From positions 32,001 through 96,000 of the IMG/VR virus record IMGVR_UViG_3300036939_000082: DNA of 64,000 nt, one strand, 5' to 3'. The position numbers and the translations under genes were made by a program. This document shows positions 25,023-34,109 of the stretch, piece after piece. How positions within the stretch are numbered: position 1 is the first letter of the stretch; every line of letters starts with the position of its first letter. The DNA is from a virus. Under the pieces are notes generated by a model. It had not been told where the DNA came from, searched no databases, and saw only the letters and a list, made by a program, of their open reading frames with translations.

Positions 25023-26276
25023 ATGTTGTGTGCAACTGAATTTAGTGGGGCTGGGACAGTCGATCATGCTTTCAAGCGACGCGGTGGAAAAATAGTTTTT
25101 GCAGTTGAATATTGGAAAAAAATGGCAGATGAGATGTACATCCCAAATCATGGAGCTGAACATCTTTTAATCTCAAAAGTCCAAGATATGTGTACAGAAA
25201 GTTTTAAAATTGGTAAAGGCAATTTAGATATATTTTGGGCATCACCGGAATGCGACGAATTTTCAAAAGGCAAAAAAGGTGGTGCAGAAGGGCTAGAGCA
25301 GACGAGTTCTGCTTTTGCGATCGCCGACCACATCAAAATATTGATGTCGAAGTGTGTGGTTATCGAAAACGTCGAGGGCTACGTTGGCTCTAGGAGTTAC
25401 AACCATTTGAAACTCACATTGAGCAAGTTGTTTTATAGCACACAGACTTTCCTGTTAAATGCCGCTGACTACGGAACGCCGCAAACCAGGAAGCGGATGT
25501 ACCTGATTGCAACTCGCAAAGACATTGGCTCAGTACCGGCGATCGCCCCAACACACGCCAAGCATCCGATGCCTTCACTGTTTGGCGATCCTATCAAACC
25601 TTGGAAAGGTTGGCTTGAGGCGGTAGCAGACTTGTTGCCCGATCGCCCTTACTATACCTGGAATTCGGAAAAATCTGATTGGGTGTTCCATCAAACCAAT
25701 GGCGACCGCATGACCAACGGTTTAGCTAAGTGGCAGATGAATCGACTGAAAGAGGCGATCGCCTTTGGCAAACTCAAGGAATTCAGTTCCTTAATAGTAG
25801 ACGGTAAAAATGCTGGTCGCGAAATCACCTTTTGCAATGAGCAAAAGCCTGCCTACACGATCGTCGGCAGTTGCAATTCAGAAAGTCACTGGCCGACAGC
25901 CATACTTGTTCCGGGGGCAAACGCTGGCAACAATTCTCCAACTGTTCGGTTAGGTGACAAGCCAACAGTAACGATAACTCCGGGCGTATACCCTACGGGA
26001 GTGCTGTCGGGCGATCGGATAAAACTGAATCCGCTAAAAACCCCTGAATCTCAACTTCAAATCATTCTCGAAAACTGCATTTTTGTGAAATTTTCCACAA
26101 GAATGCTGGCGAGGTTGCAGGGGCTGAGTGACGACTACAAATTGCCTAATAACAATGCACTTGCTAGCGAAGGAATCGGCAACGGCGTTGCCGTAGAAGT
26201 TGCTGAAGCTATTTATACGGCACTTGAAAAACAAATTAATCGTAGTAGTAACGGATTCCAACGTCATGCTTGTTGA
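25023..26276 (+). CDS. DNA cytosine-C5 methyltransferase 2 (paralogue of MTase 1)
   Basis: FSGAG, SPECDEFS, IENVEG, PQTRKR, ARLQGL, IGNGVAVE. Confidence 0.88.
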   Translation: MLCATEFSGAGTVDHAFKRRGGKIVFAVEYWKKMADEMYIPNHGAEHLLISKVQDMCTESFKIGKGNLDIFWASPECDEFSKGKKGGAEGLEQTSSAFAIADHIKILMSKCVVIENVEGYVGSRSYNHLKLTLSKLFYSTQTFLLNAADYGTPQTRKRMYLIATRKDIGSVPAIAPTHAKHPMPSLFGDPIKPWKGWLEAVADLLPDRPYYTWNSEKSDWVFHQTNGDRMTNGLAKWQMNRLKEAIAFGKLKEFSSLIVDGKNAGREITFCNEQKPAYTIVGSCNSESHWPTAILVPGANAGNNSPTVRLGDKPTVTITPGVYPTGVLSGDRIKLNPLKTPESQLQIILENCIFVKFSTRMLARLQGLSDDYKLPNNNALASEGIGNGVAVEVAEAIYTALEKQINRSSNGFQRHAC

Positions 26277-26556
26277 ACAAGAAATTATTTATTGGAAACG
26301 ACAACATCCACCACTCCTAATTCCAGCAATCGCCGGAAAACGTTTTTCAATAGGAATTGACCCGCTTGACAACACTCGCTTTGTCTTGATATGGAAAAAT
26401 ACTGGTACTGTAGCTTATGAATTTGTCACCGCACAATGCTTAGTGGGTTGTTTCAAAGAGCTGGAATTTTCCGATTCTAAATTAGATGACAATCGCTTGT
26501 TGTTTCTTGATCTTGTAGAAAAATGGCGGTCTATTGAGCGTGACACACAACTATAA
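26266..26556 (+). CDS. Hypothetical protein
   Basis: ATG overlaps the end of MTase 2. Confidence 0.6.
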   Translation: MLVEQEIIYWKRQHPPLLIPAIAGKRFSIGIDPLDNTRFVLIWKNTGTVAYEFVTAQCLVGCFKELEFSDSKLDDNRLLFLDLVEKWRSIERDTQL

Positions 26557-26613
26557 CGTCACACTTGTTAATAGAAAAATGTCCACTGAACCGAACGCAA
26601 CAAAACAAAAAAC

Positions 26614-27357
26614 ATGAAACCAGTAACTCAAGAACGAATCCTAAAAGCTTTGGATAAATTATTCACTCGGACGCACAATAGTAAAACAATGAAGCAGACC
26701 CAAGCTTTTGCGCTGCACGGTCTGAAAACTTTGACTGGTTCATTGCAACCAATTGATAGCGACAAACTGGAGTTGGAACTTTCACTGATTGAAGGTGATC
26801 GACCCACCAGTCGCGCAGATTTTTCCGCCAAACTGAATCGCTTAATGGATATTCATCACGAAAGGCGATCTCGTATTCTCGACATTCAAGTTAAGCATCG
26901 GGTCAGTGGATTAGAGTGGCAGCATATTGAGCAGACTGAAACAAGTAGCAATTTTTACTTTTTAACTTTCAATCCTCTGTTGCGACAAATTCCCAGTGAT
27001 ATGCAATTGTTAGCAAAGCAAAAGCCTTACGTTGTTCAACACTGGATTGATTATGCTGTCACTGCTATTTTGACGGTCTATCAGAATGTTGAGGATGAAT
27101 GGCAGCCTACAGCGCTTGATCGAGTCTGGACAAAGAGTTCTGAGTTTGATTGGGCTATGATTTCGATTGATAAGTATTACCTTTCGCCAAAAATGATGAA
27201 AGTTAGGGGTTTTGATAGCCCGCAAAAAAAACCTGAGATGCCTGACGATAAATTACACGTTGAATGCGACTTGACGATCGGGAGAGGCGAAGATTTTGAC
27301 AGTATTGATGCAGACATTCTTTGGTTCCGTGCCACTAATCATCAACTAAACTTTTAA
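26614..27357 (+). CDS. Hypothetical protein
   Basis: 247-aa ORF followed by a terminator at ~27374-27413. Confidence 0.7.
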   Translation: MKPVTQERILKALDKLFTRTHNSKTMKQTQAFALHGLKTLTGSLQPIDSDKLELELSLIEGDRPTSRADFSAKLNRLMDIHHERRSRILDIQVKHRVSGLEWQHIEQTETSSNFYFLTFNPLLRQIPSDMQLLAKQKPYVVQHWIDYAVTAILTVYQNVEDEWQPTALDRVWTKSSEFDWAMISIDKYYLSPKMMKVRGFDSPQKKPEMPDDKLHVECDLTIGRGEDFDSIDADILWFRATNHQLNF

Positions 27358-27466
27358 ACAACATTTACAAAATAAAAACCCGACGCAATCGAGGGATTGA
27401 ATCGGGTTTTTTTAGTGACAACTCAAGGGAGTTGTCGGCAATCTAGTCGAGGGACTTAATCGCCCG

Positions 27467-28285
27467 TTATTGATTGACCATCAACCAGTCCACAAGGGCT
27501 GGCTTTTTGGCTGATTTTTTAGGCTTTGCAACTGAGGAGCTGCTTTCCGCAATTAACTCGCGGAGTTTCAGTATGGTGAGCTGGTTGAGCTCGCGTTTAG
27601 ATTTTTTCTTTTTGGGTGTACGTTGGACGTACACCCCTGGGAACGACAGAGCTAATATTTCTGTTTGTTTCCCAATAGTAATTACCTTGCCGAGGGGTTC
27701 GGTAGTTACTGGGACGATCGCCTCAAGGGATTTGATCGCCTCATCTGGTTCTGCAACCGCCAACTCAAGGGAGCGGGCGATCGCGCTTGTGACCTGATAC
27801 TCGAATGCAGTTCTTTCCAAGGGGATAGGTGCTGCACCGACAAGCATCAGCGTTGTGAGTGCGACTGGTAACTCAAGGGAGTTGGTCGCAGGTTGTGGTT
27901 TACGCTGGGCGCTCGACTCAAGGGAGGCGATCGCTGCTTTCTCAAACGCAGTTCTTTCCGAGGGGAAAGATTTTGCATTTAAAATAGAGGTTGGGCGATC
28001 GTTATTAGTCGGTTTTGGGATTGTCGATATCATCCAATTCTCAAGGGAGGTTTGAAGGGTGTCAACAATGCCGTCGATCGCGGACAAGAGCCAGTTAAAG
28101 CCACTCAGTGCCTGCTGAATGGCTTTAACTGCTTTGCAGGCAACCTTGGCAACAAATAGGATTGTCGCCAAGATTACTTGCACTACTTCGATTGCAGACT
28201 GAATCAGTCTGATGATTAAGTTCAGTGTTGCCAATACGAAGACTGCCAGCATTGCTACTGACATGAAAATGTTTTGAAGTTTCAT
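27467..28285 (-). CDS. Hypothetical protein: hydrophobic N-terminal helix, internal repeats, C-terminal Rho-N/HeH-like domain
   Basis: ERTAFE..SLE repeated; ELNQLTILKLRELI...KKPALVDWL. Confidence 0.65.
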   Translation of the reverse strand: MKLQNIFMSVAMLAVFVLATLNLIIRLIQSAIEVVQVILATILFVAKVACKAVKAIQQALSGFNWLLSAIDGIVDTLQTSLENWMISTIPKPTNNDRPTSILNAKSFPSERTAFEKAAIASLESSAQRKPQPATNSLELPVALTTLMLVGAAPIPLERTAFEYQVTSAIARSLELAVAEPDEAIKSLEAIVPVTTEPLGKVITIGKQTEILALSFPGVYVQRTPKKKKSKRELNQLTILKLRELIAESSSSVAKPKKSAKKPALVDWLMVNQ

Positions 28286-28639
28286 GATTGTTTTGTGTTC
28301 TAAATTACTTGCAAAATATTTGTGAAGTGTTATTTTGCCTATACTTAATTATAACTTATAATTACACAATATACAACAATTTTAGATGTTTATTGATGGA
28401 TTTATACGAAAAAGCCTCGGAATTAAATTCCAAGACTTTTCAGTTAAATCGTTATTACTGCTTTACCATTGTCTTATATATTCGCCTCTAGATTCGTCCC
28501 AGACATAAGTTTGCTGAACGGGAAAAGGTGGAGGTAAAGCACGGTCTTTATCGCTAGGAGGAGGAGGTGGTACTATCTTATCTATTCCTGGTGGCATAGT
28601 TTTGTGCTTGTTTGTTATAACAATCTAATTATAATACAT

Positions 28640-29680
28640 TTAATTGCTAATGTTACGCATTAATACCTTGAAACTCATTGTAGGCAAGCTTCCGCTTTTG
28701 ATATAATTTTGCGTTCCCTTTTTTAAACTTCCAACTACTTGCAGCCCGATCGCCAGGTCGTGTGGCGGGGAATAAACACTACCACTTTGCTGAATCAGTG
28801 ACATCAACCCGATCGCCACCTGTCTCGCTTCGCCTTCTTTCGATGCGATGCAGGAAATTTCGATCGCCCGATCGCTTCCGTAAACCAGCGGCACTTTAAT
28901 GCTTTCGTTTTCTGAAACTTGAATGGCATCTTCCCATTGTGGTCGGTGGTGAACGCCTTCTTCGATTTCGCGAATCACGACGCAGGGAACAGTCGATATT
29001 TGGTAGAGGTACTGACTGAACTCGACGCTGGGACACACAGAGAATAGCAGTTGCCCGATCGCCCCACCTGTTAATTTTTCAGAAAGCTGTATATTTCCCA
29101 ATTCTGGTACGGGCGTCGCCGAGACAGGGAGCTGATTGAATAGCTGGAATTTTACGTCTGTCAGAGCGCTTCCGTCAAAGCCCTGTGGGAAAGGGGTTGA
29201 ATATCCGTCGCTGTTGATTGCCACGTTCTGGGAAAAGGCGATCGGCGTTTTCAGTTTCTGAGGCAGTGCGGTTTCCAGAAGGTATTCCACTATGTCCTGG
29301 CGGACGCAGTAGCCTACCTTTAGTTCTTTAAACAATGAGTTAGGTTCAATTTTAACTAAAAACTGAATTGCTCCAGCCCATTTAGATATTCCCGCCCGAA
29401 TTTCCGCAGGTGTGGCAAAAACAGGAAATTCAGATTCTTCCCAGCGCCCGTTAGTGAAGTAAAACCAATTGTCGCCCGTTGAGGTGATCGCCGCGCTCAT
29501 TTTGCCAAACCCGTTCAACTCAAATCCCATCCAACTGTCTGCAAGTCTTGGGTGAAGGATAGGAAGCAAGATTTCTGCTGCATTCTTTCGATCTTTGGTT
29601 GTCCAGAATTTGTCAAATTTTACTAGATTTTTATAGGCGATCGGGGCGATCGAATTGTCAAAAGTACGAATAACTTGCAT
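28640..29680 (-). CDS. Probable virion neck / tail-completion protein
   Basis: 346-aa ORF from MQVIRT; context next to the neck-like gene; no firm motif. Confidence 0.45.
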   Translation of the reverse strand: MQVIRTFDNSIAPIAYKNLVKFDKFWTTKDRKNAAEILLPILHPRLADSWMGFELNGFGKMSAAITSTGDNWFYFTNGRWEESEFPVFATPAEIRAGISKWAGAIQFLVKIEPNSLFKELKVGYCVRQDIVEYLLETALPQKLKTPIAFSQNVAINSDGYSTPFPQGFDGSALTDVKFQLFNQLPVSATPVPELGNIQLSEKLTGGAIGQLLFSVCPSVEFSQYLYQISTVPCVVIREIEEGVHHRPQWEDAIQVSENESIKVPLVYGSDRAIEISCIASKEGEARQVAIGLMSLIQQSGSVYSPPHDLAIGLQVVGSLKKGTQNYIKSGSLPTMSFKVLMRNISN

Positions 29681-29805
29681 TAATTCAGAAGTTAAAACTA
29701 TAAATTTGAAATTATACAATAAAATAAGACCAAAAGCTCTATTTAACGTTGAATTTAATATATTTCTATGATATAATAATAGTAATAAACACAAAACAAG
29801 GCATT

Positions 29806-30099
29806 ATGAGCTTAAATAATCACGTCAATCGGAGCAATCCGATCAAATTTGTGATGGAATTTTTCCCGGTGGTAGCTTCTTTGTTGGAATTCGGCGAGGC
29901 AATCGTCGAAACAGTTGAGATGTCCTACATTCATGGATTTATAATACATATCCCTGTTCACTTTATAAGTGAAGTTGTAGGGTTGACACTAGCTCAATAC
30001 GCCATCGCATTCTTAATAGCCTATAAAAGTAAGTGGTCAAAACACTCTGTGAACGCAACTTTAGAAGTAGTATTACTACTATATTGCGTGTTTAATTAA
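29806..30099 (+). CDS. Small membrane protein in a cassette
   Basis: Hydrophobic segments; own TATAAT promoter, ACACAAAACAA leader and hairpin at 30104-30136. Confidence 0.55.
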   Translation: MSLNNHVNRSNPIKFVMEFFPVVASLLEFGEAIVETVEMSYIHGFIIHIPVHFISEVVGLTLAQYAIAFLIAYKSKWSKHSVNATLEVVLLLYCVFN

Positions 30100-30125
30100 G
30101 ACATAAAGCCGTAAGACAAAAAGTT

Positions 30126-30671
30126 TTACGGCTTTATTTTTTTGTTTTTACCAAAGACAATATTATTGAAGTCTCGCTTCAGCCTAATTTTTGCTTCATC
30201 GATCGCCCGATGGATGGAATCGCTCCAAGATCCGCGACCCGGTACGACGATCGCCATCGTATCGGTTCGCAAGAAGATTCCCCTCGAAGCAAGGAAGCCT
30301 CGCATTTTTGGGGTAAGGGTAATTGTGGCTCCCCTGTCTTGGACTATCGCCACCACGGTCGGTTTGCCGGATGGAATTCCTACCCAGGCGATCGCGCCCT
30401 TGGCGTTAGCCTTGCTTCCAAATTCTATGTGATTTAAGATGCCGGAGCCGTCGGGTTCCCCGTACTGGCTGTAAAGATACTCGGTTGCTTCCGACAGCGG
30501 AGGAGGCGCGCCGCCCCTACCCTGTGTCGCCAAGTGCGATTGGTAGGTTTCTTCAAAATCCTGCGCTGACTCCTCCGCCCATTTTTGCCCAGTCGGCACT
30601 ACTTGTTTTTGGATTTGAGTTAGGCGCGATCGGAGTGCAGGAAACTCGTTTTTAGTTACTTTAAATTTCAT
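30126..30671 (-). CDS. Virion morphogenesis / neck protein (HK97 gp10-like)
   Basis: PPLSEAT...A.VQD.GATI..TPKMRGFL...IVVPGR pattern of neck proteins. Confidence 0.6.
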   Translation of the reverse strand: MKFKVTKNEFPALRSRLTQIQKQVVPTGQKWAEESAQDFEETYQSHLATQGRGGAPPPLSEATEYLYSQYGEPDGSGILNHIEFGSKANAKGAIAWVGIPSGKPTVVAIVQDRGATITLTPKMRGFLASRGIFLRTDTMAIVVPGRGSWSDSIHRAIDEAKIRLKRDFNNIVFGKNKKIKP

Positions 30672-30748
30672 AGTTTATTTTACTTGTTTAGACTTTATTT
30701 CTTTGTTATAATAATAAAGTAACACAAATGTAAACAAAAGCAAATTCC

Positions 30749-31138
30749 ATGACAACTACATTTCCTAAAGCTACACTGACAAAAGTAGATTTTACGTCAG
30801 ATCCATTCGTTTTTCGTAGACCCGATGATTCGTTAATAAGTAAACGGGTACTGGTTGACTGTCATAAAGCAAGCCAGCCTATTACAATATCCCTTTACGA
30901 TTATCGTGGATATCACTGTTCTATCTGGATAAAAGATACTCACTGCTTAACTGGACACGGGAAAGGCTCAACCATTTTAAAAGCCTTAGTTGGAGCTTTA
31001 AATGAGATTGGCATCACTTTTGAAACACCAATACCCGAAAACCTCACAACTCAAGAACAAATAGAGGGTGTCATGCACGCGATTGCAGATGCACTGCAAA
31101 TCAACCAATCAAGAGTGATCACACACGCTTGGACATAA
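30749..31138 (+). CDS. Hypothetical cassette protein
   Basis: 129-aa ORF between cassette promoter and terminator. Confidence 0.75.
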   Translation: MTTTFPKATLTKVDFTSDPFVFRRPDDSLISKRVLVDCHKASQPITISLYDYRGYHCSIWIKDTHCLTGHGKGSTILKALVGALNEIGITFETPIPENLTTQEQIEGVMHAIADALQINQSRVITHAWT

Positions 31139-31260
31139 TTGACACCATAAACTAAGCGGTAAAAGCCCGTAGCTTAATTAATAAGCTACGGGCTTTTTAT
31201 TTGTTTGAATTATTATTGTTTGGTATAATGAAAGAGTGACACAATCGTAAACTTAAAACA

Positions 31261-31515
31261 ATGACACATACAACGTTCTCACACATACGCAATTCCGCTT
31301 ACTTTTCTTTCATAGATAGAGACAAGGAACCGAAAAGCCCAGAGGGATTAGAAGGCAACGTATGGAAAAAAGTATCCATACGGAAAATCCGCAAACTAGG
31401 CGAAACTAAAGAAAAAATATTTGCAAAAGCAGATACACCAGTTGTTTTAGTTGCAAATAACCTAGACGACTTGATTGCAAAAAATCCGGTCTACGTCTCA
31501 ATTAAAGAGAGCTAG
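31261..31515 (+). CDS. Hypothetical cassette protein
   Basis: 84-aa ORF between cassette promoter and terminator. Confidence 0.75.
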   Translation: MTHTTFSHIRNSAYFSFIDRDKEPKSPEGLEGNVWKKVSIRKIRKLGETKEKIFAKADTPVVLVANNLDDLIAKNPVYVSIKES

Positions 31516-31627
31516 TGTTTAACACAAAACTCGTAGCCTATTAATCAAGCTGCGGGCTTTTATTTGCTTAACACATACATATTTGTTACAATAAAAGAGT
31601 AACACAGAGTAAACTAAAACAAATCTA

Positions 31628-32017
31628 ATGACAAGAACACCATCTCAAAAACAATCCATAAATAGGTTTGTCAAAGAATACAAAAGAGGCGTAGAACTTA
31701 CCAATAGCGGAACAAAGGTTAATGTAGGTTCTTGGAACTACGATTATGTTGATAGAGAAGGTTTGCGTCAATGGTTTATGTCTGGATTAAACCGTAAAAT
31801 AAATTCCCACGGTAACATCCGACAAGAGTACCGAAACTATAGCATAGATTTGTATAGAGATTGTCAAATCTATACTGCTTGGAAACAAAAAGGTCAAAAA
31901 ACCCAATGGGGTTTTGGTTTTCGCAGTTTATATTTCAAAAAACGATTTCCTGAAATACAATTAGAGATGAAAGAGGTTGAAATAGAATTCAAAGAACATT
32001 TTGGTTACTATTCTTAA
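31628..32017 (+). CDS. Hypothetical basic cassette protein
   Basis: 129-aa ORF between cassette promoter and terminator. Confidence 0.75.
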   Translation: MTRTPSQKQSINRFVKEYKRGVELTNSGTKVNVGSWNYDYVDREGLRQWFMSGLNRKINSHGNIRQEYRNYSIDLYRDCQIYTAWKQKGQKTQWGFGFRSLYFKKRFPEIQLEMKEVEIEFKEHFGYYS

Positions 32018-32136
32018 TTGATTTCTCAAGCAAAAACAATCAAAAAACCTGCAGTTTGATTGAGAAGTTGCAGGTTTTTTTGTATATAGCAGTCAATAAT
32101 TGTTATAATTAAAGTGTAAGCATTAATCATAGAGCA

Positions 32137-32877
32137 ATGACAATTAAGCACACTCAAACTGTTTTAAGTAAATTCAACAACCTAGGTGAGCGAAAAGAGC
32201 TTGCACTCACAAAACGTCAAATCAGCGACCTCAGTCTTCTAGGATGTTTGACTAACTTGACTTTACTCGAACTCGATCAAAATCAAGTTAGCAACATTGA
32301 ATCGCTAAGAACTTTAACTAACTTGACAGAACTCTACCTCTGCGACAACCGAGTTAGCAACATTAAACCGTTAGCTGATTTGACTAATTTGACGAAACTC
32401 AGTCTCAGACAGAATCAAGTTAGTAACATTGAACCGTTAAGTAAGTTGACCTGCTTGACCCAACTTAACCTCACCAACAATCAAATCAGCGACATTAAAA
32501 CGCTAAAATCCTTGACTAACATACAATGGCTCAGCCTTGGAAACAATCAAATTAACGACATTAAATCGTTAGCTAAATTAACTAACCTGACCCAGCTCAT
32601 GATTTACGGTAATCAAATCAGCGACCTTAAGCCTCTAAAAGATCTGACCGACCTACAATGGCTGAGCCTTGGAAACAATCAAATTAGTGACATTAAACCG
32701 CTAGTATCTTTGACTCATCTGAATGGAATAGTTCTCGAAAACAATCAAATTAGCGACATTAAACCGCTAGCATCGCTCACCAATCTGACAAGACTCCATC
32801 TCGGAGGCAATCAAATCAGCGATCGCGATATCCACTGGTTGTGCAAGAAGCTTCCAAAATGTGATATCACCATTTAA
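32137..32877 (+). CDS. Leucine-rich-repeat protein 3 (10 repeats), paralogue of LRR1
   Basis: MTIKHTQ N-terminus like MTAKHTQ; C-cap WLCKKLPKCDI. Confidence 0.92.
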   Translation: MTIKHTQTVLSKFNNLGERKELALTKRQISDLSLLGCLTNLTLLELDQNQVSNIESLRTLTNLTELYLCDNRVSNIKPLADLTNLTKLSLRQNQVSNIEPLSKLTCLTQLNLTNNQISDIKTLKSLTNIQWLSLGNNQINDIKSLAKLTNLTQLMIYGNQISDLKPLKDLTDLQWLSLGNNQISDIKPLVSLTHLNGIVLENNQISDIKPLASLTNLTRLHLGGNQISDRDIHWLCKKLPKCDITI

Positions 32878-33109
32878 ATCTAGATCGATCTAGTTGAAAA
32901 AGCCTTGGAATTTAATTTCAAGGCTTTTTGTTCTCTAAATTGTGAAAATTACTTCAATACGACAATCGCCCGAAATGCGTTAGATTTACTGTATTTACTT
33001 ATCTTTCCCGATCGCGCGAACTTGAATTATAATCACCAAATCTAATTGCATTAAATTGATTTATTTGTTATAATAAATAACAATCATGTAAAACCCAAAA
33101 TACAAAATA

Positions 33110-33442
33110 ATGAAAAACTTAACAGGTGATGTGGTACCATTCACATCTCCATTGGGTACGGTAGTACCTCACATCAAAAGATGCGATGGCATCATACTTT
33201 GTGATTTCATTGGAATCGCAAAACTCTTAAACTATCCTATCGGAAAAGCATTGAACATGGCAAAAGAACGTGATTTAGTGACGACCGTCAACGGACACGT
33301 TTACTGTACGGCAGATGATTTCGCCTTTTGGACAGATGAACTTCCCGATGCTCCGTTGCCAGCAAAAGCGTTGGCAAGTAAAATTCATAAGACATCAGCT
33401 ACTGAAATGGCTTATTATTTCTTGTTTAACAACAACAAATAA
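33110..33442 (+). CDS. Hypothetical protein, possibly BRO-N-like
   Basis: LCDFIGIAKLLNY weakly resembles BRO-N. Confidence 0.5.
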   Translation: MKNLTGDVVPFTSPLGTVVPHIKRCDGIILCDFIGIAKLLNYPIGKALNMAKERDLVTTVNGHVYCTADDFAFWTDELPDAPLPAKALASKIHKTSATEMAYYFLFNNNK

Positions 33443-33641
33443 AATCTGCTGTTAGCTTATTGAAACCGTCGCGATCAAATTAATTGCGACGGTTTTTATT
33501 TAAAATGATATTTTGTTTACCGCTTTTATATGTTAAAAATACATTTTCTTTATGAATACGTGATACAATATAATAAGTTACACAATACGACACAAAACAA
33601 TGAAAACAACAGCAAGGTGATCGTATGATATAACACGAATT

Positions 33642-33860
33642 TTGAGAGAGCTAAATAAACTTTCTCGACACGAAAAGCTTCTCATAATAGGAGCAGTTTA
33701 CTGCTCGTCACGCGGCCCCGAAACAGTTACAAGTCTTGTTAATCGTTCTGTTGAGAAGCCATCTCAGGATTTCACAGATGCAGTACAGGAAATTTCCTGT
33801 TTGGAGAAAACAGAATTAACGGATTTGGCAAAAACCTTAAGTTTTATCTATTTCCATTAA
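33642..33860 (+). CDS. Small hypothetical protein
   Basis: TTG-start 72-aa ORF before the terminator at 33865-33904. Confidence 0.5.
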   Translation: MRELNKLSRHEKLLIIGAVYCSSRGPETVTSLVNRSVEKPSQDFTDAVQEISCLEKTELTDLAKTLSFIYFH

Positions 33861-33957
33861 AGTGAAAACCTCGCGATCAAATCGGTTTGATCGCGAGGTT
33901 TTTTGTTGTCAAAATTCACTTTATCACTTATAAGGGTCGATACTTACTTAAAATCAA

Positions 33958-34079
33958 AAGGCGCGCTGGGAGTCGAACCCGAGGCAACGAACTGCAAACG
34001 GTTTGGGAAATCCACCTACTTGCAACGGTAGTCTGAACTACATAGTAGCTAATCTAGATCCGGTCTAGAATCACGCCTT
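33958..34079 (-). ncRNA. tRNA-like structured RNA (~120 nt)
   Basis: Terminal stem AAGGCGTG/CGCGCCTT, T-loop GGTTCGACTCCC at the 3' end, several internal hairpins, TATAAT at 34104-34099. Confidence 0.55.
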
Positions 34080-34109
34080 CGCCTGTTACGGCTAAGCTAT
34101 TATATCTTA

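Larger units (their letters stand above)
30705..33904 (+). repeat. Array of promoter-ORF-terminator cassettes
   Basis: Six consecutive units, each with TA(T/C)AAT + A-rich + (G)TAAAC/ACACAAAACAATG leader and a hairpin terminator (31161, 31526, 32042, 32897, 33463, 33865). Confidence 0.8.

Noticed and set aside
31534-31543. Self-target of the putative guide at 9209 (tagcctatta match)
   Set aside because: Only a 10-nt AT-rich match, expected by chance; no TAM evidence.
1477-32877. Diversity-generating retroelement acting on the LRR genes
   Set aside because: No reverse transcriptase in the window and no near-identical TR/VR pair differing only at adenines.
33958-34079. tmRNA, Y RNA or a standard tRNA call
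   Set aside because: Too short for tmRNA and no tag ORF; the T-arm is 3'-terminal rather than permuted as in YrlA; no clean 7-nt anticodon loop, so no amino acid is assigned.
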